A DNA stretch of 50,641 nt from Bacteroidia bacterium (GCA_036170695.1 JAVHPR010000148.1:1-50641), one strand, 5' to 3'. Counted from the first letter of the stretch, positions 25,869-35,232 are shown. Numbers and translations: made by a program. Notes: generated by a model from the letters alone, not told the origin.

Positions 25869-26665
25869 TAAATTTCAAACAATTTAAATTTTTCAATGGT
25901 AGTTTTAAAATTGCTTTCATCTAATTCAAAATTACCGTACCAAATGTATTCGTATAAAATCGCCAACTCTTTGAAGTGTTTGCTATACTTACTGTTGAAG
26001 AGTTCGATAGAATAATCATTATTGGTTTTGTCGATTTTCCAGATGATTAAATTTTTGTCTGCTAATTCTTTCAGAAGTTTTAAAAAATGCAAACGAACAG
26101 CACGTCTGAAATCTTTTTCGGAAAGAGCGGTCGCAATTAATTCATCAAAATTTATTTTATGAATATCTTCTTCGAACTCATTATAATCGATAGGAATTGT
26201 ATCACTCTTTCTGTAGAATAAAGCACGAATGTTGTTTCTGGAAAGCAATACAACAATTAATACTATTGCTGTTATAATTAATACATATTCCAGAATTCGT
26301 AAACCGATAGAACCACCTTTGCTGTTAAACAGCTCGTCAACTTTTCGCCAAAACCAATCTTTAAAGCGTTCCCAAGGTGTTTTGGGAGCGGGGCCAATCC
26401 GGTCGTATTTATAGTCATTATCATTTAATAACTCTTTTTGTTTTGTTGTCGTTGGTTCTCTGACATCAATTTTTGCAGAATCGTATCTGACAATATTGCT
26501 TGTATTTCTGGAATTGATTACGCAATAAGCATCCTGACTATATAGTAAACTATATAGTAATAAAAAAAATGCAGGATAAAAGGAGCGTTTAATGATCCCT
26601 CCTGCATAGCAAAATAAGTTAGTATTGTTGCTCCACATCACTATTGGGCGTATTGCCAATTTCAT
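25868..26665 (-). CDS. DUF4129-like protein (start uncertain: 26665 or 26638)
   Basis: It has a central TM (ILEYVLIITAIVLIVVLL). The C-terminal region DFRRAVRLHFLKLLKELADKNLIIWKIDKTNNDY is typical of DUF4129. Confidence 0.6.
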   Translation of the reverse strand: MKLAIRPIVMWSNNTNLFCYAGGIIKRSFYPAFFLLLYSLLYSQDAYCVINSRNTSNIVRYDSAKIDVREPTTTKQKELLNDNDYKYDRIGPAPKTPWERFKDWFWRKVDELFNSKGGSIGLRILEYVLIITAIVLIVVLLSRNNIRALFYRKSDTIPIDYNEFEEDIHKINFDELIATALSEKDFRRAVRLHFLKLLKELADKNLIIWKIDKTNNDYSIELFNSKYSKHFKELAILYEYIWYGNFELDESNFKTTIEKFKLFEI

Positions 26666-27587
26666 CTATTCGTTCCATTAGGCCAATGCCATCTTTTTGT
26701 TCAGCCAGACTGTAATAGTGAAATGCACTGATTACATATAATGCACTATACAACAGGGTGCTGCAAAAAGTACAGACACTTGCAACAATAATAAATGGAA
26801 TAGAGATATCGCCGGATGCCTCTTTTAAATTACCATACATCAAAACAACTTGAAAAACCGCCTGTGGGAGAGCAAATATAAAGGAAAGAATTCCAACAGC
26901 CATTGCAGCACAAACCATGATTACCCATGTCCACCAGAAATTATTTCGCAATACTTTTTGTGTTCTGTAAAAGGATGATACTGCGCTGCCGCCTTCTTGC
27001 ATTTTTACCAAATAAATTACAGATATCTGCCACATCAGAGGTGGCATCAAAATGAGTAAACCAAAAAATAAAGCTATTCCTAATAATATGGCTACAGCTG
27101 GTATACTACTCGCAACTGCAGTTGTGACAACAAATAGGATGACTGTAACAAGGATAATGATAAAAACAATTAAAACCATTAAGAAAAATACCGAAAGTAG
27201 ATTTCCAATATTACTAACAACAGTTTGTCTGACATCATTAATAGTAAATTCACCGGGTCCTTTTTCCATATAGTTAATCATATATGCGAAAACAGTCCCG
27301 ATTAGCGCAAGATTAGCGGTAATTGCCGCAAGTATAAAAATTAAATACGTCCAACCAAATTGCGAAAATACATCAGACGACCCCATCCGGGCGGCTGAAA
27401 ATATGCTCACTGCGTTTGATTGATAAAAAGCTCCGGCAATTGCACTTATCAATACAAATGGACCGGCTATAAAAATCAATGCCTGGAAAAACTGTTTAAA
27501 ATTTTGGCGGAAAAATTTCACCGAAACATTAAAAATTTCACCAAAGTCGCGAGCCTGACGGAAATTAATTTTTTCTAGATTGATCAT
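26619..27587 (-). CDS. polytopic membrane protein, family unassigned
   Basis: 322 aa with ~6-7 hydrophobic helices, within the MoxR cluster. Confidence 0.6.
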   Translation of the reverse strand: MINLEKINFRQARDFGEIFNVSVKFFRQNFKQFFQALIFIAGPFVLISAIAGAFYQSNAVSIFSAARMGSSDVFSQFGWTYLIFILAAITANLALIGTVFAYMINYMEKGPGEFTINDVRQTVVSNIGNLLSVFFLMVLIVFIIILVTVILFVVTTAVASSIPAVAILLGIALFFGLLILMPPLMWQISVIYLVKMQEGGSAVSSFYRTQKVLRNNFWWTWVIMVCAAMAVGILSFIFALPQAVFQVVLMYGNLKEASGDISIPFIIVASVCTFCSTLLYSALYVISAFHYYSLAEQKDGIGLMERIDEIGNTPNSDVEQQY

Positions 27588-27626
27588 TTTTTGTTTTTTT
27601 GAATTGATTGTTATTTATTTATATTA

Positions 27627-27738
27627 ATTGCCCATTGCCTATTCCACATTGCCCATTCCACCTTGCCAGTTGCCCCTTGCCTATTACCTATTACCTATTA
27701 CCTATTACCTATTACCTATTACCTATTACCTATTCCCT
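27627..27738. repeat. tandem heptamer array, 16 units (ATTGCCC-type grading into 7 perfect ATTACCT)
   Basis: Units counted directly. The right end overlaps the last 5 codons and the stop of the SpoIIM-like ORF. Confidence 0.9.
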
Positions 27739-28684
27739 CTTTATTCAATTGTAAGGGATAAATAATAAAATACCAGATAATAAACAAAAGAGAGCTTCCT
27801 ATTATTGTTAAACTCAACCACATGGGCATTTGCGAATAACGGGTTACAAAACTTTCGAAAAATCCGGCAACTATAAATACAGGAATCAGACCTACAACAA
27901 TTTTTACACCTTGTTTGGCACCCATAATAAAAGAAACACCACGTGAATAAGTGCCGGGAAATAAAATACTATTTCCCATCACTAAGCCGGCACAGCCGGC
28001 AATGATGATAGCAGATATTTCTAATGTCCCGTGGATCCAGATGACTAATACTGATTGCAACAACAAACCTTTTGCATAAAAGAAATATTGAAATGCCCCC
28101 AGCATAATTCCATTATACATAAGCATAAAGCCGGTTCCAAAGGAAAATAATATTCCTAATACAAAACAGACAAAAGCCACCCGAATATTATTGATAGTGA
28201 TACCAAAGAACATATCAATTTGATTCATGCTTTTATAAATGGCCATAGGATCTCCTTTGTCAATATTTTCAAGCGTCGTATTCACATAACTGTCGCCAAG
28301 GATAAGACGGACAAAAGTATCGTCATAAGCTGCGGAAACAATGCCAATAAGCATGGCTATTGCAAATATTACGAAGGCATAAAATAATTGTTTGTGAGAA
28401 TTTTTAAAAATAAAAGGCAATTCATATTTCCAAAAGGAGATGATACGTCCGCCCTTTTCCCGTTTGTTTTTATATATTTCCTGGTGAACCCGTGCTGCAA
28501 TCGAATTAAGGTATTGAGTGGTTTTTGATTTCGGATAATTGGTTTTGGAGTAGGATAAATCATCTGTGACCTGAACGAATAAATCAGCCATTAGGTCCGG
28601 ATCAGAACCTCCCTTACTTGTAATAAGTAACTCAAACTGTTGCCACTTATCGGCATTTTGATTTAGAAAGGTAATTTCTTTCAC
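27719..28684 (-). CDS. stage II sporulation protein M-like (DUF95) membrane protein
   Basis: 321 aa with a soluble N-terminal ~90 aa followed by 5-6 TM helices. The layout and context match SpoIIM-like proteins of this cluster. Confidence 0.6.
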   Translation of the reverse strand: MKEITFLNQNADKWQQFELLITSKGGSDPDLMADLFVQVTDDLSYSKTNYPKSKTTQYLNSIAARVHQEIYKNKREKGGRIISFWKYELPFIFKNSHKQLFYAFVIFAIAMLIGIVSAAYDDTFVRLILGDSYVNTTLENIDKGDPMAIYKSMNQIDMFFGITINNIRVAFVCFVLGILFSFGTGFMLMYNGIMLGAFQYFFYAKGLLLQSVLVIWIHGTLEISAIIIAGCAGLVMGNSILFPGTYSRGVSFIMGAKQGVKIVVGLIPVFIVAGFFESFVTRYSQMPMWLSLTIIGSSLLFIIWYFIIYPLQLNKEGIGNR

Positions 28685-28858
28685 TATTTAATTCAGGGTT
28701 CATTTACCATTTGAAAACATTGTGGCAAAATTGTTCAAAAATGATCTTCCGTAAATTTATAAAAAAAATCATTAAAAAAAATTGTTTGGCTTAAAACTTT
28801 AGAATAGTTATTTTTATAAAGTTTTAATAGGAAAGAGAAATCAAAGACGCTGATTGTT

Positions 28859-29572
28859 ATGGACAACATTCGAATACAAACTACTCAAAATGTTGATATT
28901 GAATACGAGCTGGCGAGCATTGGTGATCGTATTTTAGCAACCTTGTTGGACTACTTGTTTTTTGCAACTTATATTTCCTTAGTGCTGGTTATTGCATCAT
29001 TTACTAATTGGAGGCTTTTTAACAGCATGGCGGTCGTTTCACTTCTCTCTTTACCTATTCTACTTTATGATTTAGTTTGTGAAGTTTTTTTTCAGGGGAA
29101 ATCTTTTGGTAAAATGATATTGAAAATCAAAGTTGTAAAACTGGATGGAACCCAGGCTAATTTTAGTGCCTATTTATTGCGTTGGTTGTTACGCATTATA
29201 GATATGCGTTTGTTTGGTGGTTCTATTGCACTTATTGCAATACTTATTAATGGTAAAGGTCAGAGGGTTGGTGATATGGCGGCAGGGACAACAGTAATAA
29301 AAATGAAACAAAAAGTGAAACTGAGTGATACTATTTTCAATAAAACAAAACCTGATTATGTATTGAATTTTCCAGAGGTTTCAAAACTTACGGATAATGA
29401 TTTGGCAATTATAAAGGAGGTCATGCAGGTTTGTATTAAATCAGATAATTACGAAGCAATTAATAAACTTGCATTAAAAACCAAAGAAACAATGGGCATT
29501 TCCACAAACATGCCTCCAGCACAGTTTTTAAGCATTGTAGTCCAGGATTATAATTATCTGGGCAGTAATTGA
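28859..29572 (+). CDS. RDD-family membrane protein
   Basis: 237 aa: GDRILATLLDYLFF, FGKMILKIKVV, GQRVGDMAAGTTVI. It is divergent from the SpoIIM-like operon. Confidence 0.75.
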   Translation: MDNIRIQTTQNVDIEYELASIGDRILATLLDYLFFATYISLVLVIASFTNWRLFNSMAVVSLLSLPILLYDLVCEVFFQGKSFGKMILKIKVVKLDGTQANFSAYLLRWLLRIIDMRLFGGSIALIAILINGKGQRVGDMAAGTTVIKMKQKVKLSDTIFNKTKPDYVLNFPEVSKLTDNDLAIIKEVMQVCIKSDNYEAINKLALKTKETMGISTNMPPAQFLSIVVQDYNYLGSN

Positions 29573-29575
29573 TAT

Positions 29576-30091
29576 TTAGTTGGACTTACAATCACTTATC
29601 ATATCGAAACCGAACAATCCCGTATCAAATGTAATTGTAATTTTATTTGACAGGGAAACTGCCTCGTCAGGATGGTCGCTTAAATAGGTACTTAAATTTC
29701 TTTCCAATTCAATGTATTGTGCATCACCTGCGATTACTATTTCGTTATAATATCCCTCTCTCATAATAGAATATGTTTCGGAATAGCTGTGCACCCTGAT
29801 GGTATAGTTTAACAATAAAATAAAATTAACCAGGCAAGTCCCAAATCCAAAAAAAGCAAACATTGCAAAGTGGTTATACGCCATGTCAATATGGTTTTTT
29901 ACATATTTCCATTGAAGTAAGCAAAGCATTCCACTGCAAAAAAATAAAATAAATATAGTTCCTATGCCTATTATAATTACGGACGCAAACCAAAAAAGTA
30001 TTGGAATGCCTATTAGGCCGCCAACGATGAATGCCATTGCGACATAAAGCCCTTTTTTTCTTATAAAACGTTCCAGTTTTTTATTTGGCAT
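29576..30091 (-). CDS. hypothetical membrane protein
   Basis: 171 aa with 3-4 TM helices and no recognisable family. Confidence 0.5.
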   Translation of the reverse strand: MPNKKLERFIRKKGLYVAMAFIVGGLIGIPILFWFASVIIIGIGTIFILFFCSGMLCLLQWKYVKNHIDMAYNHFAMFAFFGFGTCLVNFILLLNYTIRVHSYSETYSIMREGYYNEIVIAGDAQYIELERNLSTYLSDHPDEAVSLSNKITITFDTGLFGFDMISDCKSN

Positions 30092-30276
30092 AATTGAAAA
30101 ATTTATTTTGACTCAAATTTATTTTGATTGAAGGCTGTTCCAGAATTTTTTCCACAAAGGTTACAAAGTTTTTACACAATGAACATGGAAAATTAAATAA
30201 AATGAGCCGCTAGATAAAAGAAGATGATATTGAAAAAAGTTTATGAGCCATCATTGTTTTCTTTTTCAAAATGATT

Positions 30277-30284
30277 TATCTTTG
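30277..30284 (+). promoter_or_regulatory. putative -7 box (TATCTTTG) for TA module 3
   Basis: TAnnTTTG match 43 nt upstream of ATG 30328. Confidence 0.4.
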
Positions 30285-30327
30285 TAATGAAGAGTTTTAA
30301 AATCGAAAACATATTAAACCAATATCA

Positions 30328-30579
30328 ATGAATATTCAGGCAGTAAAAATTGATTTAGTGCAGAAGCTTCTTTCTGTTAAAAGCGAATTATTGTTAAAAA
30401 AAATAAATTTTCTGTTGGATACAGAAGTGGTTGTTGCTTATACTGTTGATGGAAAGCCCTTGACAAAAAATCAATACAATAAAAATCTTGCTGAAGCTGA
30501 AAAGGAAATTGAAGCTGGAAATTTTATTTCGCAGGAAGAACTAGAAATAAAATCGGCAAAGTGGAAAGTAAAAAGATAA
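30328..30579 (+). CDS. antitoxin (small helical addiction-module component, module 3)
   Basis: 83 aa with the same size and layout as the antitoxins at 17692 and 18380 (SQEELEIKSAKWK tail). It overlaps the downstream toxin ORF. Confidence 0.65.
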   Translation: MNIQAVKIDLVQKLLSVKSELLLKKINFLLDTEVVVAYTVDGKPLTKNQYNKNLAEAEKEIEAGNFISQEELEIKSAKWKVKR

Positions 30580-30857
30580 CAATTCTCTGGAGTAAGCGTG
30601 CAGAAAATAATTTAGAGAAAATTTTCAATTATTACTTTGACTTATCTGAACAAGTTGCCGAGCGCATCAGAAAGGATATTTTAAGAACAGTTTCTTCTCT
30701 TCATTTTATTGAACAATATCAGGTTGATGAAATTAATCCAGACTACAGGCGAATGATAGTAAGACATTATAAAATCATTTATAAAGTCAAAAAGAATCAA
30801 TTATTTATCATCAATATTTTTGATAATCGTCAGCATCCTAAAAAAAGTAAAATATAA
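30561..30857 (+). CDS. type II toxin, ParE/RelE family (module 3)
   Basis: 98 aa from GTG 30561: ILWSKRAENNLEKIFNYY ... LFIINIFDNRQHPKK, a paralogue of 17408 and 18093. Confidence 0.78.
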   Translation: MESKKITILWSKRAENNLEKIFNYYFDLSEQVAERIRKDILRTVSSLHFIEQYQVDEINPDYRRMIVRHYKIIYKVKKNQLFIINIFDNRQHPKKSKI

Positions 30858-31260
30858 ATCTATAGTTTTACTTTCCTCTTATTTTTTTCTAGCATCTGTA
30901 TCAGTGCATTCTATTTCATCTTTTTACCCAACACCAGTTCCTTTATTAAGGCACCCTTGCTTTCAAGTTGTTTTTTATGGTATTCTATTAATTCATCCAT
31001 TGTCTAAGGCAATAAACAAACAGTAAATCGCATTATTAAGGAATGGTAGGAACTACCCTCAAAATAGTAAAATTCTTTTCATATACTTGCAACACCATCC
31101 CAAAATTCATTGTTTTCTAAAGAATGGACAAAATACTTTGCGGATATTTGCAAAAACTTTTCAAAATATAGTGCATTGACTGATGAATTAAAAAAGCGGG
31201 ATTGTAATCACGACAATTTGATACGAAATCAGCACAATTAAATCAAGTAATCCTTTTCAG

Positions 31261-32355
31261 ATGAAACTAAAAGAAATAACCGATTGTTTAGAAGCTTTTG
31301 CACCTTTAGCATACCAGGAAAGTTATGATAACGCAGGGCTGATTTGTGGAAACCAGGATATGGATATAACATCCGCACTTGTTTGTCTGGACAGCACCGA
31401 AGCCATTATTGATGAAGCTGTTGCTCTTGGCTGCAACCTTGTAATTGCACATCATCCAATTGTGTTTTCGGGCTTAAAAAAATTCAACGGGAAAAATTAT
31501 GTTGAACGTGTTATCATAAAGGCAATTCAAAATAACATTGCAATTTATGCTATACATACCAATTTAGACAATGTTCATAATGGTGTAAATACTAAAATTG
31601 CAGAAAAACTGGGATTGATTAACTGTGCAGTGCTTTCCCCTCAAAAAAACCTGTTAAAAAAATTGGTTACCTATTGTCCCGAGGACAAAGCGGAAGAAAT
31701 CAGATCAGCATTATTTAGTGCCGGTGCAGGACATATTGGAAATTATGATGAATGTAGTTTTAACACCACAGGGACAGGTACTTTCAGGGCTGGAGCCGGA
31801 AGCAATCCTTTTGTAGGCGAACAGGGCAAACAACATCAGGAAAAAGAAGTTAGAATTGAAACAATTTACCCTCAACATATTGAGTCAAAGCTGATTAGCG
31901 CCTTAATTAAGGCGCATCCATATGAAGAAGTGGCGTATGACCTTGTTCCCTTATCAAACATTCACACCAGAATAGGGGCGGGGATCATCGGAGAATTGCC
32001 TGCCCAAACCGATGAAATGTCGTTTTTAAAAACTATAAAAACGCTGTTGAAGGCAGATTGTATACGTTATACTACTTTGCTCGATAAAAAGATTAAAAAG
32101 GTTGCCATTTGCGGAGGATCAGGTAGTTTTTTGCTTGGCGATGCTATAAAAAACGGGGCTGAAATATTTATAACGGCCGATTTTAAATATCACCAGTTTT
32201 TTGATGCCGAAAATCGCATTGTTATTGCTGATATAGGTCATTATGAGACAGAACAGTTTACTATGGAATTAATTTCTGAGATTTTAAAGGAAAAATTTAG
32301 TACATTTGCAGTCCTGATTACAAAAATTAGTACAAATCCAATTAAATATCTATAA
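31261..32355 (+). CDS. Nif3-like dinuclear metal centre protein (YbgI/GTP cyclohydrolase 1 type 2 family)
   Basis: 364 aa: SYDNAGL, VIAHHPIVFSGLKK, YAIHTNLDN, GHYETEQ. Confidence 0.85.
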   Translation: MKLKEITDCLEAFAPLAYQESYDNAGLICGNQDMDITSALVCLDSTEAIIDEAVALGCNLVIAHHPIVFSGLKKFNGKNYVERVIIKAIQNNIAIYAIHTNLDNVHNGVNTKIAEKLGLINCAVLSPQKNLLKKLVTYCPEDKAEEIRSALFSAGAGHIGNYDECSFNTTGTGTFRAGAGSNPFVGEQGKQHQEKEVRIETIYPQHIESKLISALIKAHPYEEVAYDLVPLSNIHTRIGAGIIGELPAQTDEMSFLKTIKTLLKADCIRYTTLLDKKIKKVAICGGSGSFLLGDAIKNGAEIFITADFKYHQFFDAENRIVIADIGHYETEQFTMELISEILKEKFSTFAVLITKISTNPIKYL

Positions 32356-32357
32356 AA

Positions 32358-33122
32358 ATGTCAAAAGCTAAAACTGAGGAAATTTCAGTAGAGGAAAAGT
32401 TGAGAGCCTTATTTGAATTGCAACAAATCGACTCAAAAATTGATAAAATCAGAACAGTAAGAGGCGAATTACCATTGGAAGTAAGGGATCTTGAAGATTT
32501 TGTTGGTGGTTTAGAAACCCGTATAGGCAATTTTGCTGAAGAGTTAAAATCGATGGAAGATGCAATTGTTGAAAAGAAAAATGTAATTAACGAGTCACAA
32601 GCTTTAATTAAAAAATACGAATCTCAACAAAGCAAAGTACGTAATAACCGCGAGTATGATTCTTTAACAAAAGAAATGGAGTTTCAAAATCTGGAAATCC
32701 AATTGGCAGAAAAACGTATCAAAGAATACAAAGCAAATATTATTGCGAAAAAGGAAATTGGCGAACAGTCTGAAGAAGAATTGAACAGCCGCAAAAAAGA
32801 CCTTAAAATCAAGAAAAAAGAATTAGAAGAAATAGTTGCCGAAACAGAAAAAGAAGAAGCAGCTTTACAGAAAAAATCAAAAAATACGGAATCAATAATT
32901 GAAGAACGATTATTGAATGCTTATAAACGTATTCGTTCAAATGTAATGAATGGTCTAGGTGTCGTTACCGTGGAACGTGATGCTTGTGGAGGTTGTTTTA
33001 ATAAAATCCCGCCTCAACGCCAGTTAGATATTCGTACACATAAAAAAATAATTGTATGTGAGCATTGTGGAAGAATTTTAGTAGATGCTGAAATTTTAAC
33101 CGGAAAGCTGGTAAAAGCATAA
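32358..33122 (+). CDS. coiled-coil protein with C-terminal C4 zinc ribbon (COG1579-like)
   Basis: 254 aa with long heptad-rich helices and then CGGCFNKIPPQ...CEHCGRIL. It is commonly paired with Nif3. Confidence 0.8.
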   Translation: MSKAKTEEISVEEKLRALFELQQIDSKIDKIRTVRGELPLEVRDLEDFVGGLETRIGNFAEELKSMEDAIVEKKNVINESQALIKKYESQQSKVRNNREYDSLTKEMEFQNLEIQLAEKRIKEYKANIIAKKEIGEQSEEELNSRKKDLKIKKKELEEIVAETEKEEAALQKKSKNTESIIEERLLNAYKRIRSNVMNGLGVVTVERDACGGCFNKIPPQRQLDIRTHKKIIVCEHCGRILVDAEILTGKLVKA

Positions 33123-33143
33123 TACATTAAATATTCTTTAAGC

Positions 33144-33179
33144 CGCCTTGTTCTATTTGAAGAGCAAGGCGTTTTTTTT
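33144..33179 (+). terminator. rho-independent terminator
   Basis: Stem CGCCTTGTTCT / AGAGCAAGGCG (one mismatch), a 6-nt loop, then T8. Confidence 0.8.
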
Positions 33180-33189
33180 GCCAGTGCGG

Positions 33190-34206
33190 CTAAAAAATAT
33201 TTACTTCCCTCTCCAATTGAACACCAAATTTATCCATTACCGTATCCATTATTTTTTGCGAGAGCTCAACTATTTCACTGCCTTTAGCATTGTCATAATT
33301 TACTAAAACCAGAGCTTGTAATTTGTGAACGCCCGCATCACCTATTGTTTTTCCTTTCCAACCACATTGTTCAATTAACCAACCTGCGGCTAATTTTACA
33401 TTACCACTTTCTAAATCATAACCAACTATGGCTGGAAATTGACCTTTTAGAAATTCGAATTTACAACGGACAACTTCCGGATTTTTAAAGAAACTGCCGG
33501 CATTACCAATTTCAGCGGGGTTGGGTAATTTACTGCTTCGTATATTACATATCGCTTTACTGATGGCCTGTATGTTTAATTCTTTAATACCCATTACTTC
33601 CAGTTCTTTTTCGATAGCTCCGTAACTGGTATTAAATACGGGCTTTTTAAGTAATTTATAAGTAACAGAGGTAATAATAAATTGATTTTTCAGTTCGTGT
33701 TTAAATACACTTTCACGGTATCCGAATTTGCATTCTTCATTATTAAATGTCTGTATGGATTTATCTGCAATACGCATCGCTTCCAGTTCATAAAAACAAT
33801 CTTTTATTTCAACCCCATATGCACCAATGTTTTGTAAAGGACTTGCACCAACACTGCCCGGTATCAATGATAGATTTTCCAACCCGGCGTAATTGTTTGC
33901 AATACAATGCATAACTAAGTCGTGCCATTTTTCACCTGCACCTGCTTTAATAAAATAAAAATCAGCATCTTCTTTAATTAATTCAATTCCTCTTAAATTG
34001 TTTTTCAGAACAATACCGTCAAAATCTTTCGTAAACAATAAATTACTGCCACCACCTAAAATCAATTTTTGTGTATTTACAAAAGTTTGTCGCGATAGCA
34101 ATTCCTTAATTTCTTCAAGACTCGAAAATTGCGCAAAATAATGCGCTGCGGCATCAATACCGAATGTATTTAATTTTTTTAATGAATAGTTTTCATGGAT
34201 GATCAT
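33190..34206 (-). CDS. murB: UDP-N-acetylenolpyruvoylglucosamine reductase
   Basis: 338 aa with the FAD-binding motif LILGGGSNLLF and a MurB C-terminal domain (AGWLIEQCGWKG). Confidence 0.92.
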   Translation of the reverse strand: MIIHENYSLKKLNTFGIDAAAHYFAQFSSLEEIKELLSRQTFVNTQKLILGGGSNLLFTKDFDGIVLKNNLRGIELIKEDADFYFIKAGAGEKWHDLVMHCIANNYAGLENLSLIPGSVGASPLQNIGAYGVEIKDCFYELEAMRIADKSIQTFNNEECKFGYRESVFKHELKNQFIITSVTYKLLKKPVFNTSYGAIEKELEVMGIKELNIQAISKAICNIRSSKLPNPAEIGNAGSFFKNPEVVRCKFEFLKGQFPAIVGYDLESGNVKLAAGWLIEQCGWKGKTIGDAGVHKLQALVLVNYDNAKGSEIVELSQKIMDTVMDKFGVQLEREVNIF

Positions 34207-34209
34207 TGC

Positions 34210-34359
34210 GAAGCCCCTCTCCTTAATCCTCTCCCCAAAGGGGAGAGGGCTGTATGTGAAAAAATAACTAAAATATCAACAAAAATAATTGACAAAAATA
34301 AACTGCCCAATTTCACCTGTCACCTCTCCCTTTTGGGGAGAGAAAAAGAGAGGGGCTTC
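34210..34359. repeat. BIME/MITE-like inverted pair of family-A repeats (34210-34249 forward, 34321-34359 inverted) around an A-rich core
   Basis: GAAGCCCCTCTCCTTAATCCTCTCCCCAAAGGGGAGAGG ... CACCTCTCCCTTTTGGGGAGAGAAAAAGAGAGGGGCTTC. It fills the whole GT2-stop to murB-start gap, leaving 1 nt and 3 nt. Confidence 0.85.
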
Positions 34360-34360
34360 G

Positions 34361-35074
34361 TTATATATTATACTTTAAAATACACCAGAGGGCTCTGACT
34401 CCATCTTTCCAATTAATCTTTTTCCCCTCTTCGTAAGTTCTTCCGTAATATGAAATCCCGACTTCGTAAATTCTGATTTTTGGAACCCGCGAAATTTTTG
34501 CGGTTACTTCAGGTTCAAAGCCAAATCGTTTTTCTTTTAATTTTATGTTTTGTATGATTTTTGTTCTAAATAATTTATAACATGTTTCCATGTCCGTCAA
34601 ATTCAGGTTAGTAAACATATTCGACAGAAATGTTAGAAAATTATTTCCGACAGTGTGCCAGAAAAATAATATCCGGTGTGGCTTTCCTCCTGCAAACCGT
34701 GAACCATACACTACATCGGCAAATTCATCAATTATAGGTTTTAAAAGGATATTATATTCCTGCGGATCGTACTCTAAATCAGCATCTTGTATGACCAGAT
34801 ATTCGCCTGTAGCTAGTGAAATGCCTTTATGTAAAGCAGCGCCCTTCCCCTGATTATAATCTTGACTATGTAAAACAATATTGTTGCCTTTGTGGTTATT
34901 TATATACTCTTTTATTATTGATTCTGTATGGTCTGTCGAGCAATCATTAACAATGATAATTTCTTTTTGGAGATCACCGATTAATTGAACGGCCAATATC
35001 TTATTTAAAATAAGATGAATGGTAGCTTCTTCGTTATATGCAGGAATAATTATAGATAATTTTTTCAGAGACAC
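34361..35074 (-). CDS. family-2 glycosyltransferase (polyprenyl-phosphate sugar synthase-like)
   Basis: 237 aa: LSIIIPAYNEE, IIVNDCSTD, VIQDADLEYDP. Confidence 0.85.
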   Translation of the reverse strand: MSLKKLSIIIPAYNEEATIHLILNKILAVQLIGDLQKEIIIVNDCSTDHTESIIKEYINNHKGNNIVLHSQDYNQGKGAALHKGISLATGEYLVIQDADLEYDPQEYNILLKPIIDEFADVVYGSRFAGGKPHRILFFWHTVGNNFLTFLSNMFTNLNLTDMETCYKLFRTKIIQNIKLKEKRFGFEPEVTAKISRVPKIRIYEVGISYYGRTYEEGKKINWKDGVRALWCILKYNI

Positions 35075-35232
35075 CTTTTTAAAATTTTTGAATTGTTGAT
35101 TTAACTCTGTTTTTCAATAATTTTTCGTACGCAAATCAAGACTAATTCAGCACTCAAAGATAGCTTTAAAATTAATTCAGAATTCAATGTCGTTTTTTAA
35201 GGTTATTTTCTAATAAATATTTTCTGCCCAGA

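Noticed and set aside
30820-31026. 68-aa + strand ORF after the third ParE gene
   Set aside because: It overlaps the toxin 3' end, is low-complexity and hydrophobic, and has no start context. It is probably non-coding.
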